Below, piece by piece: positions 41,126 to 55,270 of a stretch of 64,000 nt of DNA (position 1 is its first letter; the number at the start of each line of letters is the position of its first letter). The notes below the pieces were generated by a model, which ran no database searches, was not told the origin of the DNA, and worked only from the letters and a program-made list of their open reading frames with translations. The translations under genes were made by a program, and so were the position numbers. Source of the stretch: the human T2T-CHM13v2.0 reference genome, Homo sapiens; assembly GCF_009914755.1 (NCBI RefSeq), contig NC_060929.1. One strand, 5' to 3'.

Positions 41126-42741
41126 AGATCTTGATCTCTTAAATGAATACACTATTGAGTCATTTTATGAAAAATATGTTTACCTCCTAGTAAATCTGTT
41201 TGTTAAATGTGGGTTTTTATTAATTGGTTCAGTGACCTTACTTATTAGTCACTTTTTGTTCATTTTTTTAAAAGTCTCCATTTAAAACTGCTATTGTGTG
41301 GAAACCAAGAGATTTTATTAGCATCCCATTATAAACAATTAATAAGCTAACATTGTTTTTCCTGAAAATGATTTAATACCACAAGATTTAGTATACATTT
41401 CAGCAATTAGTACATTTCATGACATAGTACCCTTAAGCCCAACATCATTAACTCATTTATTTTGCAATGTAGGGAAACTTTGAGTCATATTTATATTGTT
41501 GCTGATGTTTCATAGGCATCTCAGACTGAAGCATGTGATTTGTAACACGTGTAGCCTGTGTGTCAGTTGTTTTCTCTGTCATTGAAGATCACCTCCTTCT
41601 ATCACACTAGAAAAACAGGAGGGGTTGTCTTATAGCTGCCCTTGTCATGTCCAGCATGCAACTGCTCCCAAACATGATGTGGCCTTTCGCTTTGTGCCTG
41701 CTTCACCGTGAACCCTCACTCACTTCACTGATGTCCACCAAATGGAACTGCTTGACAAAGACCCTTCAGTTCATGCCATTTTCTGCATTCAAGGCCAGCT
41801 GACAGGTATATGTGGGGTAGGCCATTCACCCCTTTGTTGCTTGGTGCTTTCATTTTCTATAGTTCTATGGCTGAAAGTTCTAGGAAGTATGCATCAGATG
41901 TCACCTAATGGGACTTAAGGGAAATTTTAAACTAGAAGGGAAATATTTTGAAATACACACCAAATATTTGATTCCTAGTGCCCAAAATGCACTCTAGAAT
42001 GTAAACATTTTTATGTTTGAGTGTTCTGGAATGCCCACCCTGGTCTTGTCACTGTGTCTCTTTTGAGAGAGACATATTTTTCTTATCTCCATCATTAAAG
42101 TTTTACTCTTCTGTTGTGAAATCCCCCTCACTACCCATAGATCTAGCCCAGGATCCAGCCCCTTACTTTACACTTACATTTTTCAAGGTCAAGAGAATTT
42201 TCTTTTCCTAAGGGTAATGAAAGGGGCAAAAGGAGGATGGTCTGTGGTGGTATTCAGCATGCCAAGTACTGCAAGTGGTTTAGGGGGTGAACACCCCAAG
42301 TATTATCCCCTTCCCCATTTATTCACCCATGTAAATTGCAGGCTATTTACTCGTCAGATTGCATAATCTCTTCCTTCTCCTTCATCCCCATCTCTTAAGG
42401 TCAAATGTTAGTTATAAGAGATTGTGTAATCTAGCTCCCCATTGCGAAAGAGAAACATTCCTAACTGCTTTTAAGTTGGAGATACTACTTCACATTACTG
42501 GAAGTGATGATCTAAATTAACCAAGTAAACTAACATGTAAATGTTAGCCATGTTAGTTGCCAGCCATATTAGTTCACTTACTTCAGTTTTTTCCTGCATT
42601 CCTCTGATATTTTGTCCTATTAGATCAGTTTAGAAATAGAAACAGATCTGCTGATGAGCCACTCACCCTTTAAAATGGTCACTCTCTTTAGCTGCAGAGA
42701 AGATATAGAGAGATGTAGAAATTTGTTCAATTAAATATCAA

Positions 42742-42900
42742 GCCAGGCATGGTTGCTCATACCTGTAATTTCAGCCCTTTGGGAGGCAGAGGCGGGAGGA
42801 TTGTTTGAGCCCGGTAATTCAAAGTGGCAGTGAGCTATGATCATGCCATTGCACTCCAGCCTGGGTGACACAGTGAGACCCCATCTTAAAAAAAAAAAAA
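42742..42900 (+). mobile_element. Alu monomer (FRAM/AluJ-type)
   Basis: Single ~145-bp arm with ggaggattgtttgagccc...gtgagctatgatc plus an A-tail. Confidence 0.85.
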
Positions 42901-45327
42901 TTGAAGATACCTAACCCTTTCTTGTCTGGGAAAAAGAGGAAGGATTGTTTTATTTTCCATGAAACAGAACTTCTACCATAATTTGTTTTGCTTACTGCAT
43001 ATTTTATCCTATTTTATTATTTATTAATGAGTTTAGAATGTATTAAATAATTGACGGATTGCCATGTGAAGGTTTGGGATGAGAACATGCATCAGAAACA
43101 TAGCTGTTGCAGACACAGAAATGACTTTAGAATGTTTGAGGCAGGAAAAGGCCAGTGTGGCTGGAGTGGAGTGGAGTTTCTCCTTATCTTCCAAATAACT
43201 TTACTTTAGAAAATAGAGAATGGAGGGGCTGAGCAGGTCTCATATTCAAAATTTTGTGTTCTTATCTGGAAAAAGAATCAAATTTAGAAGGACGTTTTAG
43301 ATCTTTCTCTCTTGACCATCCACTATGTCTAAGATCCATCTTCTATAAGGAAAGACTGGAGAAAGAAGAGAATAATGGTGGTGGAGGGCGATGTAGGACA
43401 TTCTGCACCTCTTCAGAAAGAAGGAATAAAAGATTGAACTGTTTCACGTGGAGAATTTGACCTGGCTTTCTGACATGTTACTGTGGTTGAGTTTCTGCGG
43501 TGCTCATGTTGAAACCTGTTGTTTGCTAACATACTGTTCTTTTCTTTGTGGGAATGCAAGCCTGTAATGTATTTAATGGTTCAGGTAGAACAGCGGGATA
43601 TGTTTACTAGTAAAAGATTTTGGATAAAGAAGTAGGAGAGAGAAACTGGCATGATTTTAGTGTCAGCAGGCAAACAGTCCTGCTGGAGGGCATGCTGTCT
43701 CCTGCCAGTCACGAAGATTCTCCCAGCTGTCAATCACTGGGATGCCTAGGTCTTGCCAAAACTTGGGAAACTTGCCAAGGAGAATGCTGCATGCTCTGTG
43801 CTGGAGAAAATTTTTTTTTTCTTTAGCAGCATTAAGCTCCACAAGAGTATTGTTGAAGTAATTAAAATACAACAATATGCTTGCTTAAAGCCTTTAAACC
43901 AAACAGTGCATTTTCTCCTGCTCTTCTGATGACCAAATTCTTTATAGTATGATAATTGGTTTTCATGTACTTTTTTACATAAGAATAGCTATACATGTGC
44001 AGAAGACTCTGAGTTAAGGTGACCTTTTTCATTTTTAGGAATGCTGGAGAGGATGATTAAAATAATTTAAAATACTGAAAATAATTGCTGGGTTTTAATT
44101 TAGGTCATTACTTTCAGTGACTTTAAGTCATTACTTTCTCACACACACATGTGAGTTTTGTTCACTGGAAACTTTTTGCTATATTTTATACAATTCTTAA
44201 ATATGAGATATTTCAACTCTAAAATGCGTTCAACTTTAAAATATTCAAATTTAATTTTTAATTCAACTGTATATTATTTAGTTACAAGATATAATTAGAA
44301 GGTCTTTCTTTCTTTGCTGATTAACATGGTGTAGTTGCTTTCTCAGGTCACACATAGACTTTTGGGCAACAATCAGTGGAATGATCAAATATGAAGAACT
44401 GTATGCAATGGCAAAATTCTGAGTGATTGTTCTGTTTAAAGAGAGAATTTAGATGTTAACTTGAGGGGCTAAGAAAAAAAAAAAAACTGGTAACATTGCC
44501 AAGAAGGAGAATACTGTTAAAAGTAAAGCAGAATGAGGTGCTCATTCATTTGCGGATAGATTGTTCACTTTGCTCAGAGCATGAAATACAGGACAAATGA
44601 CTTCCCACCTGTGGAGAGACAGATTATACCTTCTTTCTCCCTTTTTCACTGAGCCATTAATTACACAGTCAAGTGTGACTCTTGTTTTTTATCTTATTCC
44701 CATTAATATTTACTTCAAAGTATAACCTTAAAAATGAAAGTCAACCCATTACAGCCCTGGATTCTGGCAGCCTCAGAACTGTTACTGCTTTATCCACAGC
44801 AGTGTCAGTATTGGCTTCCTATTTCCATCTGTACTAATGAGATTTTTAAGATGCATTACATCTATAATTACTGTACTTTTAGCCATTATTTTACATACAG
44901 AGAAACTGGATGATATAAAAAACATTAAAAAGCTATAAGTCTAGTATTTGAAAAAGTAACAACCAATATAAAAAACATAGGCAATGTTGCACACCTATAA
45001 CACATACATATTTTCTTGAAATGTCAAGTTGTTTATTTTTGCATAATTTAAACAAAACTGTTCAAAATTATCTTTTATTAAATTCAGTTTTATCCTTCTT
45101 TTATGGGTGAATTCAGTCATTTCATTTCTGTCCGTGAACATTGCCTAAAAAATAAAAATGCTTTTGGTTGTTGGTATAGAGAAATTGAGTCATTGCTAAT
45201 AGCAATTGTATCTCCTTACTCAATATCCTCCTTCACCCTGCCCTCAAGAACATAGTAGAATAATAGGCCATCAGTCAATCCTCAATAAATATTTTGTATT
45301 AGTGTGAAATCTGAAAAATAAAAGCAA

Positions 45328-45408
45328 TCTACCTGTCTATTATCTATCTTTATCTATCTGTCTATCTGTCTATCTATCTATCTATCTATCTATCTATCAT
45401 CTATCTGC
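45328..45408. repeat. (TCTA/TCTG)n tetranucleotide STR
   Basis: Read directly. Confidence 0.92.
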
Positions 45409-46161
45409 CTATATAGCTAATATATTAAATCATCTACTGTCTATTTTTATTTCTCTGTCTTCATTTCAATTTTACCTATACCCTATTTTTTACATTTTAA
45501 TTGTTAAATTGAGGTTTTTAGTTAGAAAACATATAGTGGTGTTTTAATAAATTGTTATTCTCCTACTTAAAAAAAAATAAACTGGAAGTGTTTGATTAAT
45601 TCTTTGTGAAGATGAAAACCAAAAAGGTCTTAATAAGATTTTATTCAGAACCTTGTTTCTAATTAGAATTTCGTTTTTTTTGTTGTTGTTGTAAAACTTG
45701 GGAATGGTTTTTATTATGTTTTTGAAAAATTTACACATACAATTTATTAAAAGTAATCATTTCATTTAAGGCATTAACATCTTTTTGTATGTATGTGTTT
45801 TTTATTTTTATTTCAGTAGGTTTTTGGGGAACAGATGGTGTTTGGTTACATAGAAAAGTTCTTCAGTGATGATTTCTGAGATTTTGGTGCACCATCACCC
45901 GAGCAGTATACACTGTACCTAATGTGTAGTCTTTTATCCCTCTCCCCACTCCCACTCTTTCCCCTGAGTCCTCAAATTCCATTGTATCATTTTTATGCCT
46001 TTGCATCCTCATAGCTTAGCTCCCACTTATGAGTGAGAACATACAAAGTTTTATTTTCCATTCCTGAGTTACTTCACTTAAAATAATGGTCTGCAATTAC
46101 ATCCAGGTTGCTGTGAGTGTCATGATTTCATTCCTTTTCATGGCTGGGTAGTATTCCATTT

Positions 46162-46509
46162 TATGTATATATATATACATATATATATGTGTACATATAT
46201 ATGCATATATATATGTGTACATATATATGCATATATATATGTGTACATATATATGCATATATATATGTGTACATATATATGCATATATATATGTGTACAT
46301 ATATATGCATATATATATGTGTACATATATATGCATATATATATGTGTACATATATATGCATATATATATGTGTACATATATATGCATATATATATGTGT
46401 ACATATATATGCATATATATATGTGTATATATATGCATATATATATGTGTATATATATGTATATATATGTGTATATATATATGCATATATATGTGTATAT
46501 ATATATGTG

Positions 46510-46540
<31 letters not shown>

Positions 46541-46542
46541 AT
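46162..46542. repeat. AT-rich minisatellite: nine perfect 26-bp units (gtgtacatatatatgcatatatatat, 46189-46422) with degenerate flanks
   Basis: Unit starts every 26 bp from 46189 to 46397. Confidence 0.95.
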
Positions 46543-48858
46543 CATAGTTTCTTTATCCACTCATTGGTTGATGGGCATTTGGGCTGGGCTGGTTCCATAT
46601 TTTTGCAATTGCGAATTGTGCTGCTATAAACAAGTGTGTGCAAGTATCTTTCTCATATAATTACTTCTTTCCTCTGGGTAGATCCCCTGTAGTGGGATTG
46701 CTGGATTAAATGGTAGATCTACTTTTAGTTCTTTAAGGAATCTCCACGCTGTTTTCCATAGTAGTTGTACTAGTTTACATTCCCACCAACAGTGTAAAAG
46801 TGTTCCCTTTTCATCACATTGATGTCGACATCTATTATTTTTTGATTTTTTGATTATGGCCATTCTTGTAGGAGTGAGGTGGTATCACATTGTGACTTTG
46901 ATTTGCATTTCCCTGATCATTAGTGATGTTGAGCATTTTTTTTTCATGTTTTGTTGGCAATTTGTGTATATTCTTTTGAGAATTGTCTACTCATGTCCTT
47001 TGCCCACTTTTTGATAGATTTTTTTCTTGCTGATTTATTTGAGTTCCTTGTAAATTCTGGATAGTACTCCTTTGTTGAATATACAGATTGCAGAGATTTT
47101 CCTCCCTTCATGGGTTGTCTGTTTACTCTGCTGATTATTTCTTTTGCTGTGCAGAAGCTTTTTAGTTTAATGAAGTCCTATCTGTTTGTTTTGCTTTGCA
47201 TTTGCTTTTAGGTTTTTGGTCTTAAAGTCTTTGCCTAAGCTAATGTTTAGAAGAGTTTTTCCAATGTTATCTTCTACAATTTTTACGGTTTCAGGTCTTA
47301 GATTTAAGTCTTTGATCCATCATGAGTTTTGTATAAGGTGAAAGATGAGGATCCAGTTTCATTCTTCCGTATATGGCTCAGCAATTATCCCAGCACCATT
47401 TGTTGAATAGGGTGTCCTTTCCCCACTTTATTTTTTGTTTGCTTTTTGAAAATCAGTTGACTAAAAACATTTGGGTTTATTTCCAGATTCTCTATTCTGT
47501 TCCATTGGTCTATGTGCATATTTTTATACCAGTACCACACTGTTTGGGTGACTATGGCCTTATTGTATACTTTAAATTTGGGTAATGGGATGCCTCCAGA
47601 TTCGTTCTTTTTGCTTAGTCTTGCTTTTGCTATGCAGACTCTTTTTTGGTTTCATATGAATTTCAGGATTGTTTTTTCTAGTTCTGTGAAGAATGGTGGT
47701 GATATTTTGATGAGAATTACATTGAATTTGTAGATTTCTTTTGGCAGTATGGCTATTTTCAAAATATTGATTCTACCCATGAGTGAGCATGAGATGTGTT
47801 TCCATTTGTTTGTGTCATCTGTGATTTATTTCAGCAGTGCTTTTTAGTTTTCCTTGTAGAAGTCTTTTACCTCCTTGATTAAGTATATTCCTAAGTATTT
47901 TATTTTTTATTTTTAGCTATTGTTAAAGGGGTTGAGTTGTTGATTTGATTCTCTGCTTGGTCACGGTTGGCATATAGCAGAGCTACTAATTTGTGTACAC
48001 AAATATTTTATTCTGAGACTTTGCTGGATTCATTTACCAGTTCTAGGAGCTTTTTAAATGAGTCTTTAGGGTTTTCTAGGTATACAATACTGTCATCAGC
48101 AAACAAACAGCGACACTTTGACTTCCTCATTACCAATTTGGATGCTCTTTCCTTCTTTCTCTTGTCTGAGAGCTCTGACTAGGACTTCCAGTACTATGTT
48201 GAGCAGAAGTGGTGAGAATGGGCATCATTGTTTTGTTCCAGTTTCCAAGGGGAATGTTTTCAACTTTTCCCCATTCAGTATAATGTTGGCTGTGGGTTTG
48301 TCATAGATGGCTTTTATTTCCCTAAGTTATGTCCTTTCTATGCTGATTTTTCTGAGAGTTTTAATCAAAAGGGAATGCTGGATTTTGACAAATGTTTTTT
48401 CTGTGTGTACTGACATGGTCATAGGATTTTTGTTTTTATTTCTGTTTATATGATGTATCACATTTATCGACTTGCAGATGTTAAACCATCCCTGCATCCC
48501 TGGTATGAAATCCACTTGATCATGGTGTATCCTCTTGATATACTGTCAGCCTCGGTTCACTAGTATTTTGTTGAGGATTTTTGCATCTATGTTCATCAGG
48601 GATATTGATCTATAGTTTCCTTTTTTTTTGTTATGTCCTGTTCTGGTTTTGGTATTAGCATGATACTGGCTTCATAGAATGATTTCAGGAGGATTCCCTC
48701 TTTCTCTCTTTTGGAAGAGTGTTGATAAGATTGGTACCAGTTCTTTGAATGTCTGAGAGAATTCAGCTGTGAATCCATCTGGTTCTGGACTTTTTTTTGT
48801 TGGTAATTTTCTTTATTACCATTTCAATCTCACTGATTGTTATTGGTCTGCTCAGAGT

Positions 48859-49006
48859 TTACATCAGAGTACTTGATGTAAATTACATCAGAGTACTTGA
48901 TGTAAATTACATCAGAGTACTTGATGTAAATTACATCAGAGTACTTGATGTAAATTACATCAGAGTACGCTGATGTAAATTACATCAGCGTACTCTGATG
49001 TAATTT
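48859..49006. repeat. Palindromic 24-bp tandem array (6 units) with a terminal perfect inverted repeat
   Basis: ttacatcagagtacttgatgtaaa x4, then two variant units that are exact reverse complements of each other. Confidence 0.95.
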
Positions 49007-49519
49007 CAGTTTTCTTAAATGTGTTGAGACATGTTTTGTGGCCTATCATATGGTGTATCTTGGAGAACGTTCTATGTGTTGTTGAATAGAATGTATATTC
49101 TGCATAGAATCTTGGGTAGAATGTTCTGTAAATATCTGTTAATCCATTTGTTCTAGGGTATAGTTTAAGTCCATTGTTTCTTTGTTGACTTTCTTTCTTG
49201 ATGACCTGCCTAGTGCTATCAGTGGAGTATTATTCTTTTTTAAGTCTGTTACTATTATTGTGTTGCTGTCTATCTCATTTCTTGGGTCTAGTAGTAATTG
49301 TTTTATAAATTTGGGTGCTCCAGTGTTAGGTGCATATATATTTAAGATTGTGATATTTTCCTGTTGGACTAGTTCTTTTATCATTATATAATGTTCCTCT
49401 TTGTATTTTTTAAACTGCTGTTGCTTTAATGTTTGTTTTTTTCTGATATAAGAATAGCTACTCCTGCTCACTTTTGGTGTCCATTGCATGGAATGTCTTT
49501 TTCCATCCCGTTACCTTAA

Positions 49520-49914
<395 letters not shown>

Positions 49915-52182
49915 CATTCTGTATCTTGTAGGTGGAGCATTTAGGCCATATACATTCAATATTAGTATTGAGATGTGAGGTACTATTCTATTCACCATGC
50001 TATTTGTTGCCTGAATACATTGTGTGTTTTCTTTTTTCATTGTGTTATTGTTTTATAGGTCCTGTGAGATTTATACTTTAAGGAGATTCTATTTTGGTGT
50101 ACATTGAGGATTTGGTTTCATGATTTAGAGCTCCTTTTAACAGTTCTTGTAGTGCTGGCTTGGAGTGGCAAATTCTCTCAGCATATGTTTGTCTGAAAAA
50201 TACAGTATCTTTCCTTCATTTCTGAAGCTTAATTTTGCTGGATACAAAATTCTTGGCTAATAATTGTTTTGTTTAAGGAGGCTAAAGATAGAATCCTAAT
50301 ACCTTCTGGCTTGTAGGATTTCTGCTGAGAAGTTTGCTGCTAATCAGATAGGTTTTCCTTTAGAGGTTACCTGATGCTTTTGTCGCCCAGCTCTTAAGAT
50401 TCTTTCCTTCATTTTGGCTTTAGATAACCTGATGACTATGTGCCTAGACAATGACCTTTCTGCAATGAATTTCCCAAGTGTTATTTGAATTTCTTCTATT
50501 TGAATGTCTAGATGTCTAGCAAGGCCCAGGAAGTTTTCCTCAATTTTTTCCTCAAATATGTTTTCCAATCTTTTAGATTTCTCTTCTTCCTTAAGAACAC
50601 CAATTATTCTTATGTTTGGGCATTTAACATAATCCCAAACTTATTGGAGACTTTGTTCATTTTTTAAAATTCTTTTTTCTTTGTCTTTGTTGTATTGGGT
50701 TAATTCAAAAGCCTTCTCTTTGAGCTCTGAAGTTCTTTCTTTTACTTGTTTGTTTGATTCTATTGCTGAGACTTTCCAGTGCATTTTGCATTTTTCTGAA
50801 TGTGTCCTTGATTTTCAAAAGTTGTGATTGTTTTTCATTTATGCTATCTATTTCACTAGAGATTCTTCCCTTCATATCTTATATATATATATATATTTTA
50901 TTTCTCTGAGCTAGACTTCACCTTTCCCTAGAGCCTCCTTGATTGGCTTAGTACTTGACCTTCTAATTTTTTTTCTGTCAATTCAGAGGTTTTGTCTTTG
51001 TTTGGGTCCATTACTGGTGAGCTAGTGTGATCCTTTGGAGGTGTTAAAGAACCTTGCTTAATCATATTACCAGGATTGTTTTTCTGGTTCCTTCTCATTT
51101 GGGTAGACTATGTCAGAGGGAAGATCTGGGACTCAAGGGCTGCTGTTCAGATGGTTTTGTTTCACGAGGTGTTCCCTTGATGTGGCATTCTCTCCTTTTC
51201 CCCAATGGATGGGGCTCCCCAGAGCCTAACTGCATTGACTGCTATTTCACTTCTGTATCTAGCTACCTAGTGGAGCTACCAGGCTCCAGGATGGTATTGG
51301 GGAGTGTCTGCAAAAAGTCCTGTGATATAATCCAATTTCAAGTCTTTCAGCCATGGATACCAGTACCTGTTCCTGTGGAGGTAGTGGGGGAGTAAAGTGG
51401 ACTCTGAGAAGATCCTTGGTGGTATTTTTGTTAAGTGCACTGGTTTTGTGTTTGTTGGCCTCCCCCAGGAAGTAGCACTTTTACAGGCACATTAGCTTTG
51501 GTAGTATAGGGAGTATCAGGTGGTGGGCAGGGTCATGGAGCTCCCAAGATATTATGTCCTTTGTCTTCAGCGACCAGGCTGGGTAGGGAAAGACCATCAG
51601 ATGGGGGCAGGGTTAGGCATTTCTGAGCTCAGACTCTCCTTGGGCAGGGCTTGCTGTGGCTGCTGTGGCATATGAGGGTGTGGTTTCCAAGCCAATGGAC
51701 TTATGTTCCCAAGGGGATTATGGCTGTCTCTGCTGCATCACATAGGTAACCAGGGAAGTGAGGGAAGGCCAGCAGCCACAGGCCTCATTCAGTTCCCATG
51801 CAGCCCACAGCCCAAAAGGCCAGTCTCACTCCCACCGTGCCCCTCAAAGAGCATCAAGTTTATTTCCAGGCAGCTGGTGAACAGGGCTGAGAACTTGCCC
51901 CAGGCTACAGGCCTCCCAGCTGAGAAAGCAAGGTTGGCTGTCCCCCGGAATCTGCAGCAGCAATCCACCTCTTTCAGAGGGTCTGTGGATTCTCTGGGCT
52001 TACCTGGTATATTTCTGTGGTAGTTCTTGGAGCAAAAGTTCATGATATGGGTCTTCATAGCTCTGTCCCTCTGAGTGGGAGCTACAAGTTAGTCCTGCCT
52101 CTTATCCACCATTTTTCCTCTAATTGACACCCTGTTTTTTGAGGCAGAATTTTATTCTCATAGCATGTGAATAAATACATTC

Positions 52183-52484
52183 TACTATGATATGAATGTT
52201 TCTAACCCCTAAATTCATATGTTGAAATCCTAACACGCAAAGTGATGGTATTAGGTGCTGAAGGCCTTTTGGGAAGTGATTACATCATCATAAATGTGAT
52301 CAGTGCCCTTATAAAAATAGGCCAAAGAAAACTCATTTATTCCTTCCACCATGTGAAGACACAGAACCAGAAAGTATGCCCTCAGTAGACGCTGGATCCG
52401 ATGCTTTGATCTTGGATTTCCCAGCCTCCAGAGCTGTGAAAGATAAATTATGCATTTTTTTAATGGCCCAAACAGATTAAGACA
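52183..52484 (+). mobile_element. MSTD/MLT1A-type LTR
   Basis: aaattcatatgttgaaatcctaac...atcttggatttcccagcctccaga...acagattaagaca. Confidence 0.8.
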
Positions 52485-52749
52485 TGTTTCTGAGAGCATT
52501 GCTCTTAATATTTGTAAGGTGAAGTAGTTAAGGAATGAACTGGTTTTTTAACAGGTGATTTGCTTGATACAGTCCTAATACAATGAATGCCACATGTAAT
52601 TGGAAGCCCAATAAATTAGTTTGAAATAATTTCACCTGCTATAGAGAATACTCCTTCCCTTTACTAGATCAAGTTTTTTGAGGTTAAGAGTAGGCAAATA
52701 TCAGCTCTTTATAATAAGGAAGATTTGGAACTAAGTCTGGCATTACACT

Positions 52750-53161
52750 TGTTGAGAGATAATTCTCCATGGGTTTCTCACAATTCTGCACATCTTGTGA
52801 GCAGAGACACTGGCAATCTTTGTTTTGGGCTATTTTTTTCAAGGATATTTCTATAGCAAACAACACTGGAAGGTAGAGGTAATATCTCCTCCTAAGCTTA
52901 GGGGTCACTTGGCTGGGATGCAAACCCAGTGCATGCACAGCATTCTCTTGGGTGCCTCTCTGTCACCCCTGTGGGACTTAGAGAGCAAGAGGAACCAACA
53001 TAGCCATGAGACTCATGCTTCCCGTTGTGCTATGAGTAATAAAGGCCTTTGTTTCTGTCCCAGGAGTCTTGTGCCTTTGATCAGCCTCCATGAAACTGTG
53101 GCACGCAAACTTGTTACATTGCACAGAGGGTCAAATCTCAGGCCCTTCAAAATTCTTGAAA
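52750..53161 (+). mobile_element. Solo LTR, LTR47-like
   Basis: tgttgagagataattctccatggg...tgagtaataaagg...catgaaactgtggca...aaatctcaggcccttca. Confidence 0.7.
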
Positions 53162-54512
53162 AACTTTTGATGGGTTAAACAGAACCATATAAGTTGACAT
53201 TTTGCCAAGGAAAAAGAAAGTTTAAGGGGCCTATGACAAAGTTGCCTTAATCCCCTTCTCTGTGATTAAATACTCTATTTACATGTTTGTTTTGTTGTTG
53301 TTTGTTTCTTGTTTTTAAAATGGCAAAGAAAATTTGTTTTAAAGGCGTGCCAGGTAAGTAAGAAAAGAGAGTGTTTGGGTAAGGTACAGAAGCATTTGCT
53401 AAGGTGGAGTCAACTCTCAAGTGTGGAGCTCCAGCCATCAGATAGGATGGCAAAAATGTGTGATTCCTAATAGAAGGAAAAATAGGCTTTTGCTCAGTAA
53501 ATACCTCATTCATAATTTATTCTCCTCAGTCCTCTTTTTAAATGGAGAGGCAAATATAAGTTATATCAATAATTTATTTTTACATAACAACCAACAGTGC
53601 ATTTGATACAGTTTTCTATAAAATAAAGAGGTGATTTTTAAAATTTGTTTCTTCTTTCAAATTTGGCTTAATTATCCCTCAATAATTCCTCTTTACTGAA
53701 CTTTATTCCACCCTTTATTGATCTGCATGGTAGCAACAAGTTAGAGTTTTAAAGACAACTTGTCAGTTTGACATATCAGATAAAGCAGCTAGTTAAGCTA
53801 TACTTTTTATGTTTCCTCGTGTGACTAAGAAGTCACAGTCACTCTGTTTTATACATATCACAGAAAGTCTCCAAATAACTGGAATCCATCAAGTGAATTA
53901 ATACGCCTAAAGGCAATCTGTGTTATAGCTAGTGGATTAGATAGCTGTCTAAAGTTTAGAAACTTGTGTATCTAACAATGTGAAAATTCAAAAATACTTA
54001 GTAAAATACATCAACAGACTCAAGCTTCACTGTAAACAGGTCACACTAGCCAGAGGGATCTTCTTTGGTCTGTCATTATGAAAAAGTTGAACCATCATCA
54101 AATGGGCACATAGCTTTCCCAGTTTCTCAAATACCCATCAGGACAAGAAATATTTCAATATATTTCCTTCTTAAGCTGCATTTAAAGAAAAAGTAGTGGT
54201 ACTCTACAAAATTAAAATAGTTACAATTAAGGAGGAATAATTTAGAAATTATAATCTTGTCAACTTGAATTAGTTAAAAGGAAAACAAAACCCAACATAA
54301 AAATTATACAACCCTTAATAAAATAAAATGATCCTGGATACCACTGGCGACATTCTTCCTTTTTGATGACATTTGAATATGCTTTAATACTTGGATTGTT
54401 TAAAACTATTTTTGGTTGTTTTAGAATCATTGAGACCAATATGTTATCACTGGCTATCCTGCAGTTACAATGATCAAGATTTGGTCAAGTTTTGACTCCA
54501 ATTAGGAATATC

Positions 54513-54517
<5 letters not shown>

Positions 54518-54546
<29 letters not shown>
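54518..54546. repeat. (GT)n microsatellite
   Basis: Read directly. Confidence 0.95.
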
Positions 54547-54549
<3 letters not shown>

Positions 54550-54589
54550 AATCTATCTTTCTCTTTTTTGTTTGCAAACCCAAGAATTT

Positions 54590-54770
54590 CTGTGGGTCAC
54601 TCAGGGTTTGATCAGAAAAAGAGGACTTACAGTATAGGTGTACAATAAGGGATTTATTACAGAGATTTGCCTTTACGCAAATGTGGGGGCTACATACGTC
54701 GTCTATGTGAGACTATTGTTTTTCTATCTGACTTTCGTAGCGAAAGTCCACAGGGCAAGTATTTTAGAAG
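54590..54770 (-). mobile_element. ERVL LTR fragment (MLT2/LTR50-like)
   Basis: cagggtttgatcagaaa...aataagggatttattacag...tacgcaaatgtggggg. Confidence 0.4.
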
Positions 54771-55129
54771 GAAAAATGGAAACAATGAGAGGACTCATGG
54801 ACAAAAAAGATGTTCTTCTATTTGTGATTGGATGAGCTATAAAACAAGGACAGCATGTGTACAATCCATAAACTAAAGTCATTCAGCAATTAGATCAAAG
54901 AGGCATTTGAAGCCAATAATGACATGAGAAGGTGAGTAAACTCCTTGTTATAATGAGGAGAGTGGCTGAGAATTTGCAGAAATCATGAAGCCTTTTGGAC
55001 GGTCCATAAATCCTGGAGTGAAATGGGTAAGAACCAAAGTACCCTTCTTCTAGTGGGTCACATCAGCTGCTACTCAGGCTATACTAGTGTGTGCTGTGTA
55101 GAGACTCTTTGATACCCTGAGAAGACTTA

Positions 55130-55270
55130 GAATTAAATTTGGATTCTTAATTTCTGACTCTGGAAGTATAAAACATTAATTCCTCAAGGCATTTTTCCTC
55201 ATCTGCAAAACTGGAATTATAAGGCCTATCTTATGTGATATTATTATAAATAAATGGCTAGCATGGTGCC
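55130..55270 (+). mobile_element. MIR fragment
   Basis: Core tttcctcatctgcaaaactggaattataa. Confidence 0.6.

Noticed and set aside
46097-46660. Six overlapping 75-165 aa Y/I/H/M/C-rich ORFs
   Set aside because: Translation artefacts of the alternating purine-pyrimidine minisatellite, which cannot contain stop codons.
48859-49006. CRISPR-like palindromic direct repeats
   Set aside because: Units are head-to-tail with no unique spacers, there are no cas genes, and the unit derives from flanking primate L1 sequence.
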